Positions 23,657 to 36,333 of a stretch of DNA of 64,000 nucleotides are shown here, one piece after another. The notes under the pieces are model-generated. The model saw only the letters and a list, made by a program, of their open reading frames with translations. It was not told the origin of the DNA and made no database searches. This DNA comes from Hormiphora californensis. Its lineage: Eukaryota; Animalia; Ctenophora. Both the position numbers and the translations under genes were made by a program. The stretch is taken from assembly GCA_020137815.1 (NCBI GenBank), contig CM035352.1, forward strand, positions 3,410,001 to 3,474,000, read 5' to 3'. Every line of letters begins with the position of its first letter. The first letter of the stretch is position 1.

Positions 23657-26452
23657 GAAAGAGGGGGGCAAGATGTTCATTTCATCACGAGATGACCGAT
23701 CATTATATATGGAGGGTCTGGGGTAGCAGAGACAAAAGCAGAGAGGGGCTGATGTACTCTAAGGGGACACAAAGAGAAGAATTTTATATTATATATTTTA
23801 CCTCGACCAAAACGTGGAGTTTTTACGTCAGCCGACCCGAAACCGGATTAAATTTGGCCACCCGCTGGTCTCAGGGCCTCCAAATATGTCAAAATATGTC
23901 TGAATTGTCATTTGGGGTCATTTAGACCTTTTAATTACATGTAATTACCCTTTAATTACATGTAATTACATTTTAATTACATGTAATTACTTCCAATTAC
24001 ATCCCAATTACTTCAGCACCTCGAGAGCTTTCGAACGCACCCTAGAACACCTTTCTACTCCTTCTAATTGCCGAGTTCTGTATACCCCTTATTTTGACTG
24101 TTTTTCGCGTCCTACACCTTATGGGTTTGGGCAAACCCATCGCCACACCCCCTATACGTCGCGGGACCTCGAGACCTTTCCAACGAGCCATAGAACACCT
24201 CTCTACTACTTCAGGGGGCTTCAAAACTTTCACTCTAAAAATATCTATGGTTTTATGGTTATGGTTATGGTTATGGTTTTTTTTCATCTGGTATTAAGGG
24301 CCTGTCGGCTCGGCCCCGTTGTTTTAGTTTTAGGGGGGATGTTTTAGGGGGGATAGGTTGAGTTTGGGTTATATTCGGGTCGGGGGGCCTTGCCAGGCCC
24401 CGAATATTATATATAATATTATGCCAAACAGGAATTATGAAAGGCATCACGAGACTGAAATCGCACCAAATGTGTTCGAGATATATGTTGTTGTTCGGTG
24501 CTCTTAGTCATATGACGCGTACGAGTGATGAGATGACCAAATAAGGCGCTCTTATTTCCATATATGGGCATATGGGTTGCCTAAAATGGTCAAATTGGGA
24601 ACACCTGGCACTCGCTGATCATGCCAAACAATGGATGAAATAGCTGGCTCATCTCCATCATATATTTCACTTACAAAGAAAGAGAAAGTTAGGCACAAGA
24701 TGAAAACGGGAATTGAGTATCATGAGAGGCAAGACAACCATATCCCCCCCCCCCCATATGGTCACGTTCCACAAACAGAACATATAAAAACAGAGTTCAG
24801 ATTCTATCACTATGCACAAGATGATGACTTGAACATGCACCTGGTATAATACAGCGTGTTAGTTGTAGAGAGATCTATACCCATGCACTATGGAGAGTGG
24901 TAGTCGTAGTTCTAGATCCTGCGAGTGGCGTGATTGTATGCATTATTGATTAGGTCATCTGGTGTCATGTGATGAGAGAGAGAGAGAGAGAGAGGAGCGA
25001 GATATATCTCCCTTTTTATATATTCAGTTCTCTAGTCTATCAATTGCATTTACAGTGTTCTCATAGGCCAAACCATAGCCGTTATCCCCCCCCCATCATA
25101 GCCTAACGGACATATTGTCGCCATCTATCGTCTAAATATATCCGGATGATATACTGTTGTTGGGTACCACATCAAATGACGTGGGTTAACATTTTGTCGT
25201 ACCCAAACCGGACTGGCTGAGTTTTGGTGCGGCCAATATTCAATACGATATGATCACAGCACGGTTGATTCAAACACTCCCTTATCAAAGGGGGTTGAGG
25301 GGGAGGGGGCACACTAGACCCACTATATTTTTATTTAGTTGTTCACTAGTCAGTTTGGCAATGTATCACATGTTGTAGTATACATGGTGTATGTGGAAAT
25401 AATATGTCGCTCCTACACAATAATTCACTACTCACCGATACAATTTCAAGGGCTTGAGAAATTCTCCCAGCGTCTAACAGGAAGGCTCCCCTATGATAGT
25501 AATCCAAGGTCTTATCATCTGAAACAATATTATACAGGAACCGACCGAAACAAGTAAACAACCAATCAGAACTCGTTATTTAGGTCACGTGACTGGTTAT
25601 CAGCCAATCAGGGACCAGTATTTCCTGATTCGCTCGGTTCCTGGTCTGAACAGATGAAAGGTACAGAACACAGATCAAACTTGATGTGGGACTGTCATTC
25701 CACAATCAAGTATATCCGAGGTACGTCAAGGCTGTTATTTAAATTTAGAGACATACCGCTACATTAGAAACTAACGAGACTGTCCAAATAATAATTCACC
25801 GGCATGTACCTGTTGAAATGAGTTGTAGAGCATTTCCGATGGCTCCACAGTTGAGCATGACTCTCACCCAGGCACGAGAGAACCCAGCATGGGAAGAGAG
25901 ATTCTCCATCGTCTGTAAAACTGGAATAAAAAGTGATAATTTACCTGTCCACTACTTTTATTTCGATTTTCTACATTACAGGGCCGGGACACAACATGCA
26001 CGCATCAATATAAATACATTTTACATTATCCTTAGGTTATCTAACTATTCCAACTTTGTCCATCCTAGTTTGGTTGGGCTAAACTTACAATCAATTTGGG
26101 CGTGATGAGAGACTGCCTGAAGTAACTGCCAAATTTTGTCCCTGTCACATTTCACTCCATCCAACAAGAGGTCCTCTAGAACACAACACAGGGAATCATC
26201 GTATGGCTGCAATCAGGGGTTGTCAAAATTGTGTCAGGTTCTGCTCGTAAAACTTGTCAAAAGTGTGTAAGGTGATCCTGAAACATGTCAAAAGTGTGTG
26301 CAAGTTTCAAGTTTCATTCCAGTCTTTTTAAATGCTACTAAGATTTGTACCTTCCCATTTTCCAGATCTTTAGAAAGAGCACAGCAGACAAATCGGAGGT
26401 TTTCAAGGATCTCGCAGGCCATGCCGCCCGATGTTGGAAGACTAGTTCTCAT
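23491..26452 (-). CDS. RUN-domain protein, multi-exon; 3' end not resolved
   Basis: Phase-compatible exons at ~26351-26452, ~26090-26207 (DSLCCVLEDLLLDGVK...KIWQLL), ~25811-25920 (GFSRAWVRVMLN) and ~25436-25519 (DKTLDYYHRGAFLLD) reproduce the RUN motifs LC..LE..L.HG.K, W, G..RAW.R..L and YY...A.L. A further exon lies at ~23491-23560. Confidence 0.7.
23790..24415. mobile_element. Putative non-autonomous Helentron/DINE-like element
   Basis: Subterminal inverted repeat CCGACCCGAA (~23832) / TTCGGGTCGG (~24374), terminal hairpin GGGGCCT-TGCC-AGGCCCC, internal AATTAC repeats and AT-rich flanks. Confidence 0.35.
25535..25643 (+). mobile_element. 109-bp hAT-type MITE (copy 1)
   Basis: TIR CAGGAACCGA...TCGGTTCCTG. 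Same family as 32115-32223 and 34437-34541. Confidence 0.85.
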
Positions 26453-27067
26453 CTGATGCCCTACCGCGGTACCATGGCATACCTGTTACCTGTGTGTTTC
26501 AATCAATTTTTTAAGTTTATTACATTTAGATGGTCATTTATCTCGGCTGTATAAAATAACCTGAACAATCTGTCTACACTAAAATACAAAAATACATTTA
26601 ATGTCTGCTGGCTCTAACCACCAAAGTCCAAACTCCAAACCACTCAAAACCACTCAAAACCACTCAACCGTTTTGGCTAATTCAAAGATTATTGGATAGT
26701 TCATCTCAAGCCTTAACCATAGCCCTAGCCCCATCTCTTATCATAAACTAGTTTGCAAATTGCCCTACCTCTTAGAAACACTCAAAACACCCAGATTTTA
26801 AACATTTGGAAATTTAACGTTTTCTGACATTTTTTTCGTGTCGCGAAATAAAAACTGCACGGTCCGTGCAGAGCCGCGCATTGGGGACGCGCAATTCAAA
26901 GCATTTGACGCGCATCCGAAATCCCGGCCCCGGATTTTTTTGAAATTTCGTGAAAGCAAAAGCGATTTTGTCCACGAAAGGTGCAGAAATTGTCTCCCTT
27001 ACCATGTCTGTTTGAGTTCCAAATACAAATTTAGTTTCATCTATCTGCATTATATTTTTCTTAAAAA

Positions 27068-27682
27068 ATGGGCGTCCGTGGTCTTCAGAGTTATATCCTA
27101 GCAAAATGCCCAGACAGCCTCATTCCAATAGATTTAACTGGTGCGTAAAATTCCCACAAACGTCGCCCGAATTCCCATTTTTGACAGCTAACATAACGTA
27201 CTTTACTTTCAAGGTAATACAGGAACCTCGAAAAAGCGCCTAATAGTCATCGAAGGATGGAGTTGTCTTCGGTCTGTTTACGGTCCTCATATGGATTTTA
27301 TCTGCGGTGGTCAATATCAGGAATTCAGGGCCTCAATCCGACGATTCGTCAACACTTTCCAACAAGTTGTGAGTAGTTAAATCTTTAAACATGTTTTTTA
27401 AATCTTAAATACGTTTTTAACAATCCTGTCTACAGGCAAACTGTGAGCTAGTAGTCTTCTTTGCCGGTGGAGTTTCACAAGAGGAAAGGGCGGAGTGGGC
27501 TCGACGAAAATCTCACAACAGAGACACCATTGGTCTTGTAATGCAGAGTTTACGCCAAAAAGGTTACAGTCCAGACCGGAAACACTTTCTTCCAAATGAA
27601 ACCCATGTGCAAGTATTCCGTCAGGTAATGTATAAACACGGATGCACATGCACGAATGCACATACAGTGTTGTACACACATG

Positions 27683-27718
<36 letters not shown>

Positions 27719-30700
27719 ACACACATACACACACAATACACAATTTATATTACACATGGGTCTTGTAGTTCAAGATAGATGTGATTGTGATACTAATGAT
27801 GGTATGGAATATTAACTGATCACAACGAAATAATACAGCTGATCCACATTTTCAGGTGTTACTAAGTTGTCACGTTAAAGTTGTATCCACTCCTTACTCC
27901 ACGGGACGTGCCATGCTGGATTATGCATTTAAAAACGATGCTTATGGAATTCTCGCTAATGATTCTGATTTTATCATGGCAAATGCTCCTCGATACTTTT
28001 CATTGCATCATCTAAGGTATGCTTGATACACATTTTAAACTTTTATAATGTGCTATATGTATTAAGATATTTCTGTATTTTAGTTAACTTTATTCAAACT
28101 CTAAATCATATTTCTATTTCTCTTATTATCCACCACTAGGATTTCTGGTAATACTATTTCAACAATGATGATTGACAGAGACAAGATTGCCGAGTCTCTA
28201 GAGTTACCTCTCACCCTCTTCCCGCTACTTTCCTGCCTCCTTGGTAATGATATTGTGTGTTTCGAACTCCTGGAACCGTTCCACAGCAAACTCCTCGCAC
28301 TGGTGGAAGGTATATAGAAACACATTGATACACGTGTACGTATTTGTTTTTCAAAGTGATACCATTTGTTTTGAAATGTGATCTGTTGTTGTTACTACAG
28401 TCGGACCCCGATTTAGTGGCATCCTCGGGGGAAAGAAATCCTGCCACTAAATCGGGGTGCCACTAAATCGGGGTGAGCCATATTTGGCCCATAAAAACCT
28501 ATTAGAATAGGTATCAATACATGAATATTGCATATAACAGTTAGAGGTGTCTTAGTATAGCATTTTGGGCATAGAACTATGCCCAAAATGCTATACTAAG
28601 ACACCTCTAACTGTTATATGCAATATTCATGTATTGATGACATGATAATTTCTGATTAGAAATAGAAAACTATAAAACAACTTTTTCAAAAAAATTGTGA
28701 AAAATTTTATAAGTTATACCAGCCCGTCCGATTTGTGTTTCGAATCGGTGCAGCTTCCTGGATGTCCTGTCTAATTAGCGGGTTCGAAACGAACCGATAC
28801 GTGATACCTTGCCGAATCGGGGCACCCTAAGCGGGTAAGGAAGTATCAAAATTTCAAAATAACTTTTTCTCTCAAAATTTATGGGGAGCACCGATCAAAA
28901 CATTGACAATCATACTGTAAAATTTTGCAAAAAAAAGTTTTAAAATTTTTGAAGGTATACCAGCCACCTCCGAATCGTGTTTCTAATCGGTGCATCTTAT
29001 CGCATGTCCTGCTGCTAATTAGACGGTTTGGAACGAATCGAAACGTGATCCCCATCGAATCGAAATTTTGACGCTCGGTGAACTTATATTATGATTCAAT
29101 GACCCCATGGGGATCACGTATCGGTTCGTTCCGAACCGTCGCGTCTAATTAGCAGCAGGACATGCGATAAGATTCACTGATTCGAAACACGATTTGGACG
29201 TGGCTGGTATTCCTTTGAAAAATTTTCAAAAAAATTTCACAAAAAAAATCCAAAAAAATGTTTGGGGGAAAAAAATCCTGCCACTAAATCGGGGTGCCAC
29301 TAAATCGGGGGCCACTAAATCGGGGTCCGACTGTAGTTTGTTCATTTATTGAAATTTCAGAAGAGGATGGTGGAGAGGGAAAAAAGAAAGAGGTATCTGA
29401 TGGACTGCAGTTGGTAGGGGCAGTCATCAGTTTTGTGAAGGAGCTCCCAGAAGAAATCAGAAATGATATTCCTGGACATATTGCAGAGATAATCGAGAAG
29501 GTTTGTTTAGTAATTCATTTAGTTAACTTAATTTTTTAATGTTGTCATAGCAAGCTAGATGTCATTTATGTCCATGTAATTTCAACGTTATCATTTTTTC
29601 TTCGCCCAGGGTGAATGGTTAACGTAAAACGCCGCCCTTTTTACACAGGTGTTACCTGAAGTTGATGATAAGGACAATTTGAAAAGTTTGTTCCTCCGTG
29701 GTTTGGAGCAGTACAACGAGGCTACCCCCGCTGACACTGACAACGCTCCATCAACGGTAAATAAATGATATTATATCCCCCTTATCGGCCTAAATTTACA
29801 AAAGTTAAAAAAATTGGTTGAAAGATAAAAAATATAAACATCACAATTCACATTTTCACTTGTAAATTCAAAACACCTGTCACTCAGTTATCTGTTTCTT
29901 TGGGAAGCTGTAATTTCTTAGAATGTAAAACTTCCAGATAATAAATTATCACTGAGTACTGAGTACAAAATAAAGGGAAACTACTGAGTAGTCAGTTCAT
30001 TTGACCTCGAACAGAAAGGCCCTTATCCGGGAGTAAATATCATCAATGACTGATGGGCTCTCATCCAATAGATCATGTTTTGTGTCTGGGTAAATGTGGG
30101 CCGTTACTCTCCCATCCTCTGTAGTATTCTCCTCTGCAAATTGTAGGGATGCAACGGACTCACAAACCTCATCCTCCTTGCCGTGTAGAATTAGTATTGA
30201 ACACTTGATTGACCCTGAAAACAAACAAAGTTACAATCTCTCTCACCTGGCCGCCCTCTCTGGCTCCCACTCCCTTCCTCCCTCCTCTCTTCCCTCTTTC
30301 CCAGCTCCCCTCTATCTCTCCCTCACTATCCCTAGCCTCTCCCATCTCTCCTGACCACCAGCCTTACCTCGTTTTTCATGCACAACAAAGGTTTCGTTCC
30401 TAGTCGTCACGGCAACCGCCGCCCAAACTCCCTTGTCCAGAATGTAAGGATCGTCCCGGTACTCTGTGGCTGCTCTTGTCACATCTTCCGGTAGCAGCTG
30501 GTCAAATGGGCTGTAGAACCAGCTGCCCAGTTGTAACCACTGAGATGTATGAGAGATGTATGAGAGATGTATTATATTGTATGATATGGTGTATTTGGTG
30601 ATAGTCGGTTTTTTTGAAGTTGTAGTACCCCAAACTCAGTGGTGGCCCCAGCCTGGGGTGGTGGGGGGGTGGCCACCCCCCCAAAACTTTTCAAACAGGG

Positions 30701-32704
30701 GTTGTTGGGGGTGGTAAAATAGCTTTAAAATGTGTTCTAAATTGCTTTAAATTGATCAAAATCTAAAATTTTGCGGGGGCTTCGCCCCTAACCCACACCA
30801 AGGGCTGAAATCATTAGAATATTGTTCTAAATAGCTTAAAATTGATCAAAAACTAAAATTTTCCGGGGGCTTCGCCCCTTACCCACACCAGGGGCTGAAC
30901 TTAAAATTGTTTTCTAAAAGGGCTGAAAATTGCCCCCACCAAGGGCTGAAAATCGATAAAATATTGTTCTAAATCGCTTTAATTCATCAAAATTTCCGGG
31001 GGCCTCGCCCCTTGTGACTGAAACTCGTTGAAAAAGTTTTCTAAAAGAGCTGAAAAGTGTTAAAAAAGTTGCTTAAAATTCATCAAAAACTAAAATTTTC
31101 CGGGGGCTTCGCCCCCTAGCCCCCACCAAGGGCTCTGCCCCTGGACCCCGTTGGGGGGGCTGCGCCCCCCAAAACCCCCTGCCGCAGCTCCCTCGGTCGC
31201 TAAGTTTGGAGTTGAAGTGTGGCCTTCGGCCACACCACCCCCCCAAAAAATCCGTGCTGAGGCCACCCCTGCCCAAACTCGTACGTGTGTGATATTTTTA
31301 TCGTCTGTTATGTTGACATGTGTCGTGTGTGCAGTGTGCACCACACATTAACTTGTGATAGGCACGCAGGGGGGTGACAACTTCAATAAATCCGACTTTA
31401 TGATAAAAGAATAAGATGTTCTAAATATAACCCCTTTAAAATGTCTCTTTATTCGTCCCGGGTGGTCGTCTTCAACTGAAAGCACTATCCCGATAAAGAT
31501 CATGACGCACAAATAACTCACGTCAACCACCATGTAAGCGAGCATCCTCTTGAGGGGTGTATCATATTTAGTTCCAATTTGTAAACACGGTGAGAGCGCT
31601 ATAACTCCGGCAACTTTGTCACACTCCTGGGCACACCTTATCTTGAGGAGGGAAATGTGAGTTACAGAAATGAAAGAATTAAACGGGGAGGACTAAAAAC
31701 GGGATTAAACTGCAATCAAAACGAGAATAAACAGGAGTTTAATACCACCCCCTCCCCCAAGAATTGAAAACCTACCGATAGTAGTCCACCAAGTGATTTC
31801 CCGATCAGTACAACTGTTTCATATCTCCCTGTTGCCTCCTCTACTTTCCTCTTTAGAGGGTTCAATAGGTCCGTGGTAAAGTTATCGTAATAGTAACTCG
31901 GCACCGGGGCTCCCTCCTCTCCTGTCCAATGGTTATGTAGAACATGCCGGACAACGCTCCATCCTTCTTGTGATTCCAGAAACTAGGGATGTTGTTACAT
32001 TTTGAAACTGTAAATTACTCTTGAATTGGGTGTTGAACTCTCTTTACTAACTTCTACTGTGTCTCACAGTGTGGGCCTCACTCCGCTCTGTGAGGGTTCA
32101 GTGAGGGTTCAGTACAGGAACCGACCGAATCAGGAAATACTGGTCCCTGATTGGCTGATAACCAGTCACGTGACCTAAATATCTAGTTCTGATTGGTTGT
32201 TTACTTGTTTCGGTCGGTTCCTGGTTCAGTAGATCAACTAACCTCATGTAGATGGTTGAACTGGGGCCGAAATGCGTGCTCCCCGTACCCGTGTACAATA
32301 ATCACTAAACCACCCATAATATTTAGTGAGGGATAGTACCTAACACCCTTCTCTCGACTCTCCCTAGATTGTGACAGTAACAGTGACTGAGAGAGGGAAA
32401 CCTGCTGCCGAGATTACGGCCCCAACTACTGAACCAGATACAAAGGAGAAAGAGGAGGAGAAGAAGGCTGTGGATGAAATCATTGAGCTAGTAGCGGAAG
32501 CAGCAATGTAAGTATAAGGGGGTTAACAGGAAAATGTAGGCTTTAGATGGAGAGACATTTAGGCTTCAGACTTCAGAGGAGGAAATAAGGACCCTGGTGA
32601 GGGTATTCCTTGTGTTATAAATGTGTTATAGACTAAACACCACGGGCCATGCGACGGGGCCCAGTAAAGTCACGGCAAGATGTCGGTAAATGGGGTTTAA
32701 ACGT

Positions 32705-32797
<93 letters not shown>

Positions 32798-35700
32798 GAT
32801 ACTAATGACCCATGTTTTAGTGTGGATACACCACACGAAGCAGAGGAAAAGGACAAAGACGAAGAAAGGGACGCGGAAAAAGATGGCAAAGAGGAACAAG
32901 AGCAGGACAAACAAGAAGAGGGGCAAGAAGAAGATAAACAAGAAGAAGAAGAAGAAGAGGGAAAACAAGAAGAAGAAGAAGAAGAAGAGGGAAAACAAGA
33001 AGATGAGGAAGAGTGCCAGGATGAAAGCGAGCATGAAGGAGAGGCACAGATAGGTAATGAGATAACTTGTGTGTATTTTAACATGTATAGGTTGTATAGC
33101 AAGATCAATAAGAGAGGAGATCATTGTAAAGGTTTAAAACAACACGAGAAGTGTATCAGAGTGGAGAGATCAGAGAATGAAAAGAGGAAGTTGTTCCTTT
33201 AGTTGTTTATTTAACAACCCCATGGACCATGATACACACATGACACAGTGTCGCCGTTGGTAACGCGGGTAAAATGGTAATGTGTTTACCATGGAAACAT
33301 GGTTACCATGGAAACATGGTTACTATTGTTATGTTATACGAGCGGTGTGCTCAATCAAACCGCTGGTTAAATTTGATACAATATATTCTTCCTATCCCAT
33401 CAACACTTTCCCAACCCCTAAACTCAAGTTTAACCCTACAGTTACGATATCTGCGGTGACGGGTAAAGTGCTGCGAAGCGCCCACACGGCACACTCCAGT
33501 GGTACACTCAATACCCAACTATACCCACTTCTCAGTACGGGTCAATTCTCCCTTGGTCCCATATTCGAGGATCCAAAAGATAAGGATATTGTCACATCTG
33601 CTCAACTATTTAGGTACTATAAATCTAGTGGTATTGAAGTGTGCTGGTCTCTAACCCTTGCCTGAAGAGTATTTTATTAGGAAAATAGGACACGACTATT
33701 GCATGGCTTCTATTTTGTTTGTAAACAAGTATTATTCCTGCGTTCTTGCTCACATTCAGGGCACAAATCTCTGACTTCATGTTAATGTTCCCAGATCCGC
33801 TCGTCAGCGCATTTACGGCCTGCTGTTTGGTATCGGCCGGGCTAGTGCCAAGACCTACAACAAGAAGCCCCTGGGTATTAAGATAGACTCGGAGAGACAA
33901 GTTACAATCCAGGAGTTTGTAGTGGATGGAACGAAACGGAGTTTACTGGAGCACGAGGATGTTCCTGCAATTCCTGTTCACTCTCTTAACGCCAAAACAA
34001 CACCCAGGAAACCAACACCACACATTGAAAAACTGTGGATTGGTAAGTGTCTCCTTGACTCACGACCCTGATTGCTAACTCTGCTTTATTTGAGACGTAT
34101 TTGGTGTTGGGTTATTTGAGACGTGCAACACGGCAAGATTTCACCTGGCTTTTTTAATATAATTTACATAATTTACACCCTGGAAACGAATATTAACCCT
34201 ATAAAAGCAAATAATTTCATTAATTAAATCAGGTTAATTATATGTGACGTCACCACCCTCTGCAGGTATGAGTGCGAAGATACAAGATCTGAGAAGATCC
34301 ACCTTGTGTGCCATCATGAACTGCAAACTACCCTCCTTCTGTACCCCCAATATCATTGCCAATGAATACCTTATTGTGTGTATTGTCCTGCGTTACATGC
34401 TGTCCTCCGGAAATAAGGTAATGGATATATTTGGATCAGGAACCGACCGAACTAGGAAATACTGGTCCCTGATTGGCTGATAACCAATCACGTGACCTAA
34501 ATAACGAGTTCTGATTGGTTGTTTACTCGTTTCGGTCGGTTGGGTAACTTCGTTATCAATAATCAGGGTCCGACTGCTCAGCAGTAGCCATTGCATAGAT
34601 CTGGGTTCTATCATTCTAACGTATCGAGTAACAGATCCTTGTGCAGGTGCTGCGAGAGTACGAGCTAGATGCATTCCTTGCCACGGCTCTCTCACCCCAA
34701 CTCCACTGCGGGCCCTCCTTCCTCTACAAGATCACCCCTGGTGTTCGACTCACCTCCCGGGGCTGCACCATTGCACACATGTTTGTGCGGGGAGTAGAGA
34801 CGGTGTTGCTAGGCTAATGACGCGTGCAACTACCCCATGGGCTGAGATTCTGTTTCATAGGAAACTTCTTTGACTGGGAAATTGTTCCAGCAGAAGTTGG
34901 GACAGTGTCGGGCTAATATGTCCGTGTTTGAAGTTTGTGATGGTATGTTATTTGTCAGATACTCCTAATTTTCCCAACTTTTTCTTCTTCATTTTAAAAT
35001 TTGCTCTTCTCGAACTACATTTCCAAAATATCAGTGTCATTATCCCCTCCTATCAGGTGAGCCGTATGCAGTTGAGTATCTCCGATACCTTAAGTCCGTT
35101 ATCATGGAAGGACCTGGTACCCCGGGCAGTGTTTGCTCCTGCTCTGGTTCCCAATCCTGGATCGAGGATGCCCCGAATAATCAGACCGCCCCCACCACCC
35201 TTCCATATGAAACCACCACCCCCTCCATCCGATCAGAGTAGAGGTATGAGCTGTGTTATTTATTATATGTAGAAGTATGTGTAGTAGAGGTATGTGAGGT
35301 GTCCTACATTTCAGTTGTAGGTCATATTACAGTACATTCAGACTATAACGTCGCAAACTCAGCTCCAGAATAATATCACGGATATGTTTCAGCTGTAGGT
35401 CCATCGCCACATGTGTATAATATCTAAACTGGTACCACATTATATTATCATATTACAGTACATTATCGCGGACATATTTCAGGTCGAGGAGGGGGAGGAG
35501 GTAACGGGGGGTACAACAACAGGCCACCCTACCAACCAACACCCCGGCCACAATACCGACCACAGGGTGGTGGCGGTGGAGGGAACACGGGCTCAGGGTA
35601 CCATCACCACCACCAAAACGGGTACCACCAGAACCACCACCACCGGCAACCCAACTACCAATATGCCCCTAATAATGGAGGTGGAAATAGGAGATACCCC

Positions 35701-36333
35701 ACTCATCATTATGAGCAGTAAGTATTGACATTCTATCTCTTGAAGAAAGTGACACTATCTCCACTCTAACTAAAGTCGTTCTACTTCCTTTTCCCTCGTT
35801 ATCATACATCCGGCATCCCTCCCTCCCCCTGTTAAATTCTAAACACCCCCTCCCCCGCCTCCAGAATGGAAAACTACACTGACCATAGTTACCATAGCAA
35901 CGGTGGAGGATATAACAACTACCATCACCAGAGGGGTGGTGGTGGTGGTGATACTTACATGCAAAATGGTAAGGAAAACTTTATCAAAAACACATGATTA
36001 TCATTCAGAGTTTCGTGGAAATAGTTATACGACTATCACCTTTTTGAAGCTACAGCTCACCCTACAAATATATGGCTGTATGTTTTCTAACCACACATAT
36101 TTTAATTCCTAGATTCCTATCCGCCCTACAAGCAAGCCCTGGACGTGTCCCCTTCCGCCGGGTATAACAACCGCGGTAACTACGGTGGCAGTGGTTTTGA
36201 TAACAAAATGATGAACAACAATAACAATAGCTACAACAAGCAACAACAGGGTGGTGAGAATAACCCGTATGGAAAGAGGAGTATTCCAGATAGAAGGGAC
36301 ACCAAGCAGTGGATCAACTTCCTTGGGAATTAG
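27068..36333 (+). CDS. FAM120: FAM120 family protein (PIN/XPG-like N-terminus, OSSA/CCPG family), about 17 exons
   Basis: Approximate exons: 27068-27140 MGVRGLQSYI; 27214-27368 DFICGGQY; 27436-27624; 27856-28016 GILANDSDF...YFS; 28140-28309 LLGND; 29361-29500; 29649-29756; 32368-32507; 32821-33052; 33442-33612; 33795-34042 RQRIYGLL...KLWIG; 34266-34417 CIVLRYM; 34647-34942 ELDAFLA...ANDAC...FDGKLFQ (with indels); 35057-35243; 35483-35717; 35865-35968; 36113-36333. Confidence 0.9.
28398..29333. mobile_element. Tc1/mariner(pogo)-type MITE with TA TSD
   Basis: TA-CAGTCGGACCCCGATTTAGTGGC...CCACTAAATCGGGGTCCGACTG-TA. Repeated CCACTAAATCGGGG subterminal motifs and an internal 126-bp palindrome at 28513-28638. 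Confidence 0.85.
29997..32317 (-). CDS. Monoglyceride-lipase-like alpha/beta hydrolase nested antisense in a FAM120 intron (5 exons)
   Basis: Exons ~32244-32317 MGGLVIIVHGYGEH; ~31776-31982 LIGKSLGG (GxSxG); ~31535-31641 GVIALSP; ~30369-30540 YRDDPY; 29997-30214 LILHGKED...IYPDTKHDLLDE. The Ser-Asp-His triad is complete. Confidence 0.85.
30637..31271. mobile_element. hAT-type MITE with 8-bp TSD CCCAAACT
   Basis: TIR CAGTGGTGGCCCCAGC / GCTGAGGCCACCCCTG. TSD at 30629-30636 and 31272-31279. Confidence 0.88.
32115..32223 (-). mobile_element. 109-bp hAT-type MITE (copy 2) with 8-bp TSD GTTCAGTA
   Basis: TSD at 32107-32114 and 32224-32231; CAGG termini. Confidence 0.9.
34437..34541 (-). mobile_element. 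109-bp MITE (copy 3, one end clipped)
   Basis: Homologous to copies 1 and 2. Confidence 0.8.

Noticed and set aside
34790-35115. FAM120 as a pseudogene because of indels
   Set aside because: All exons and splice sites are otherwise intact and similar indel noise affects the whole window; sequencing error is more likely.
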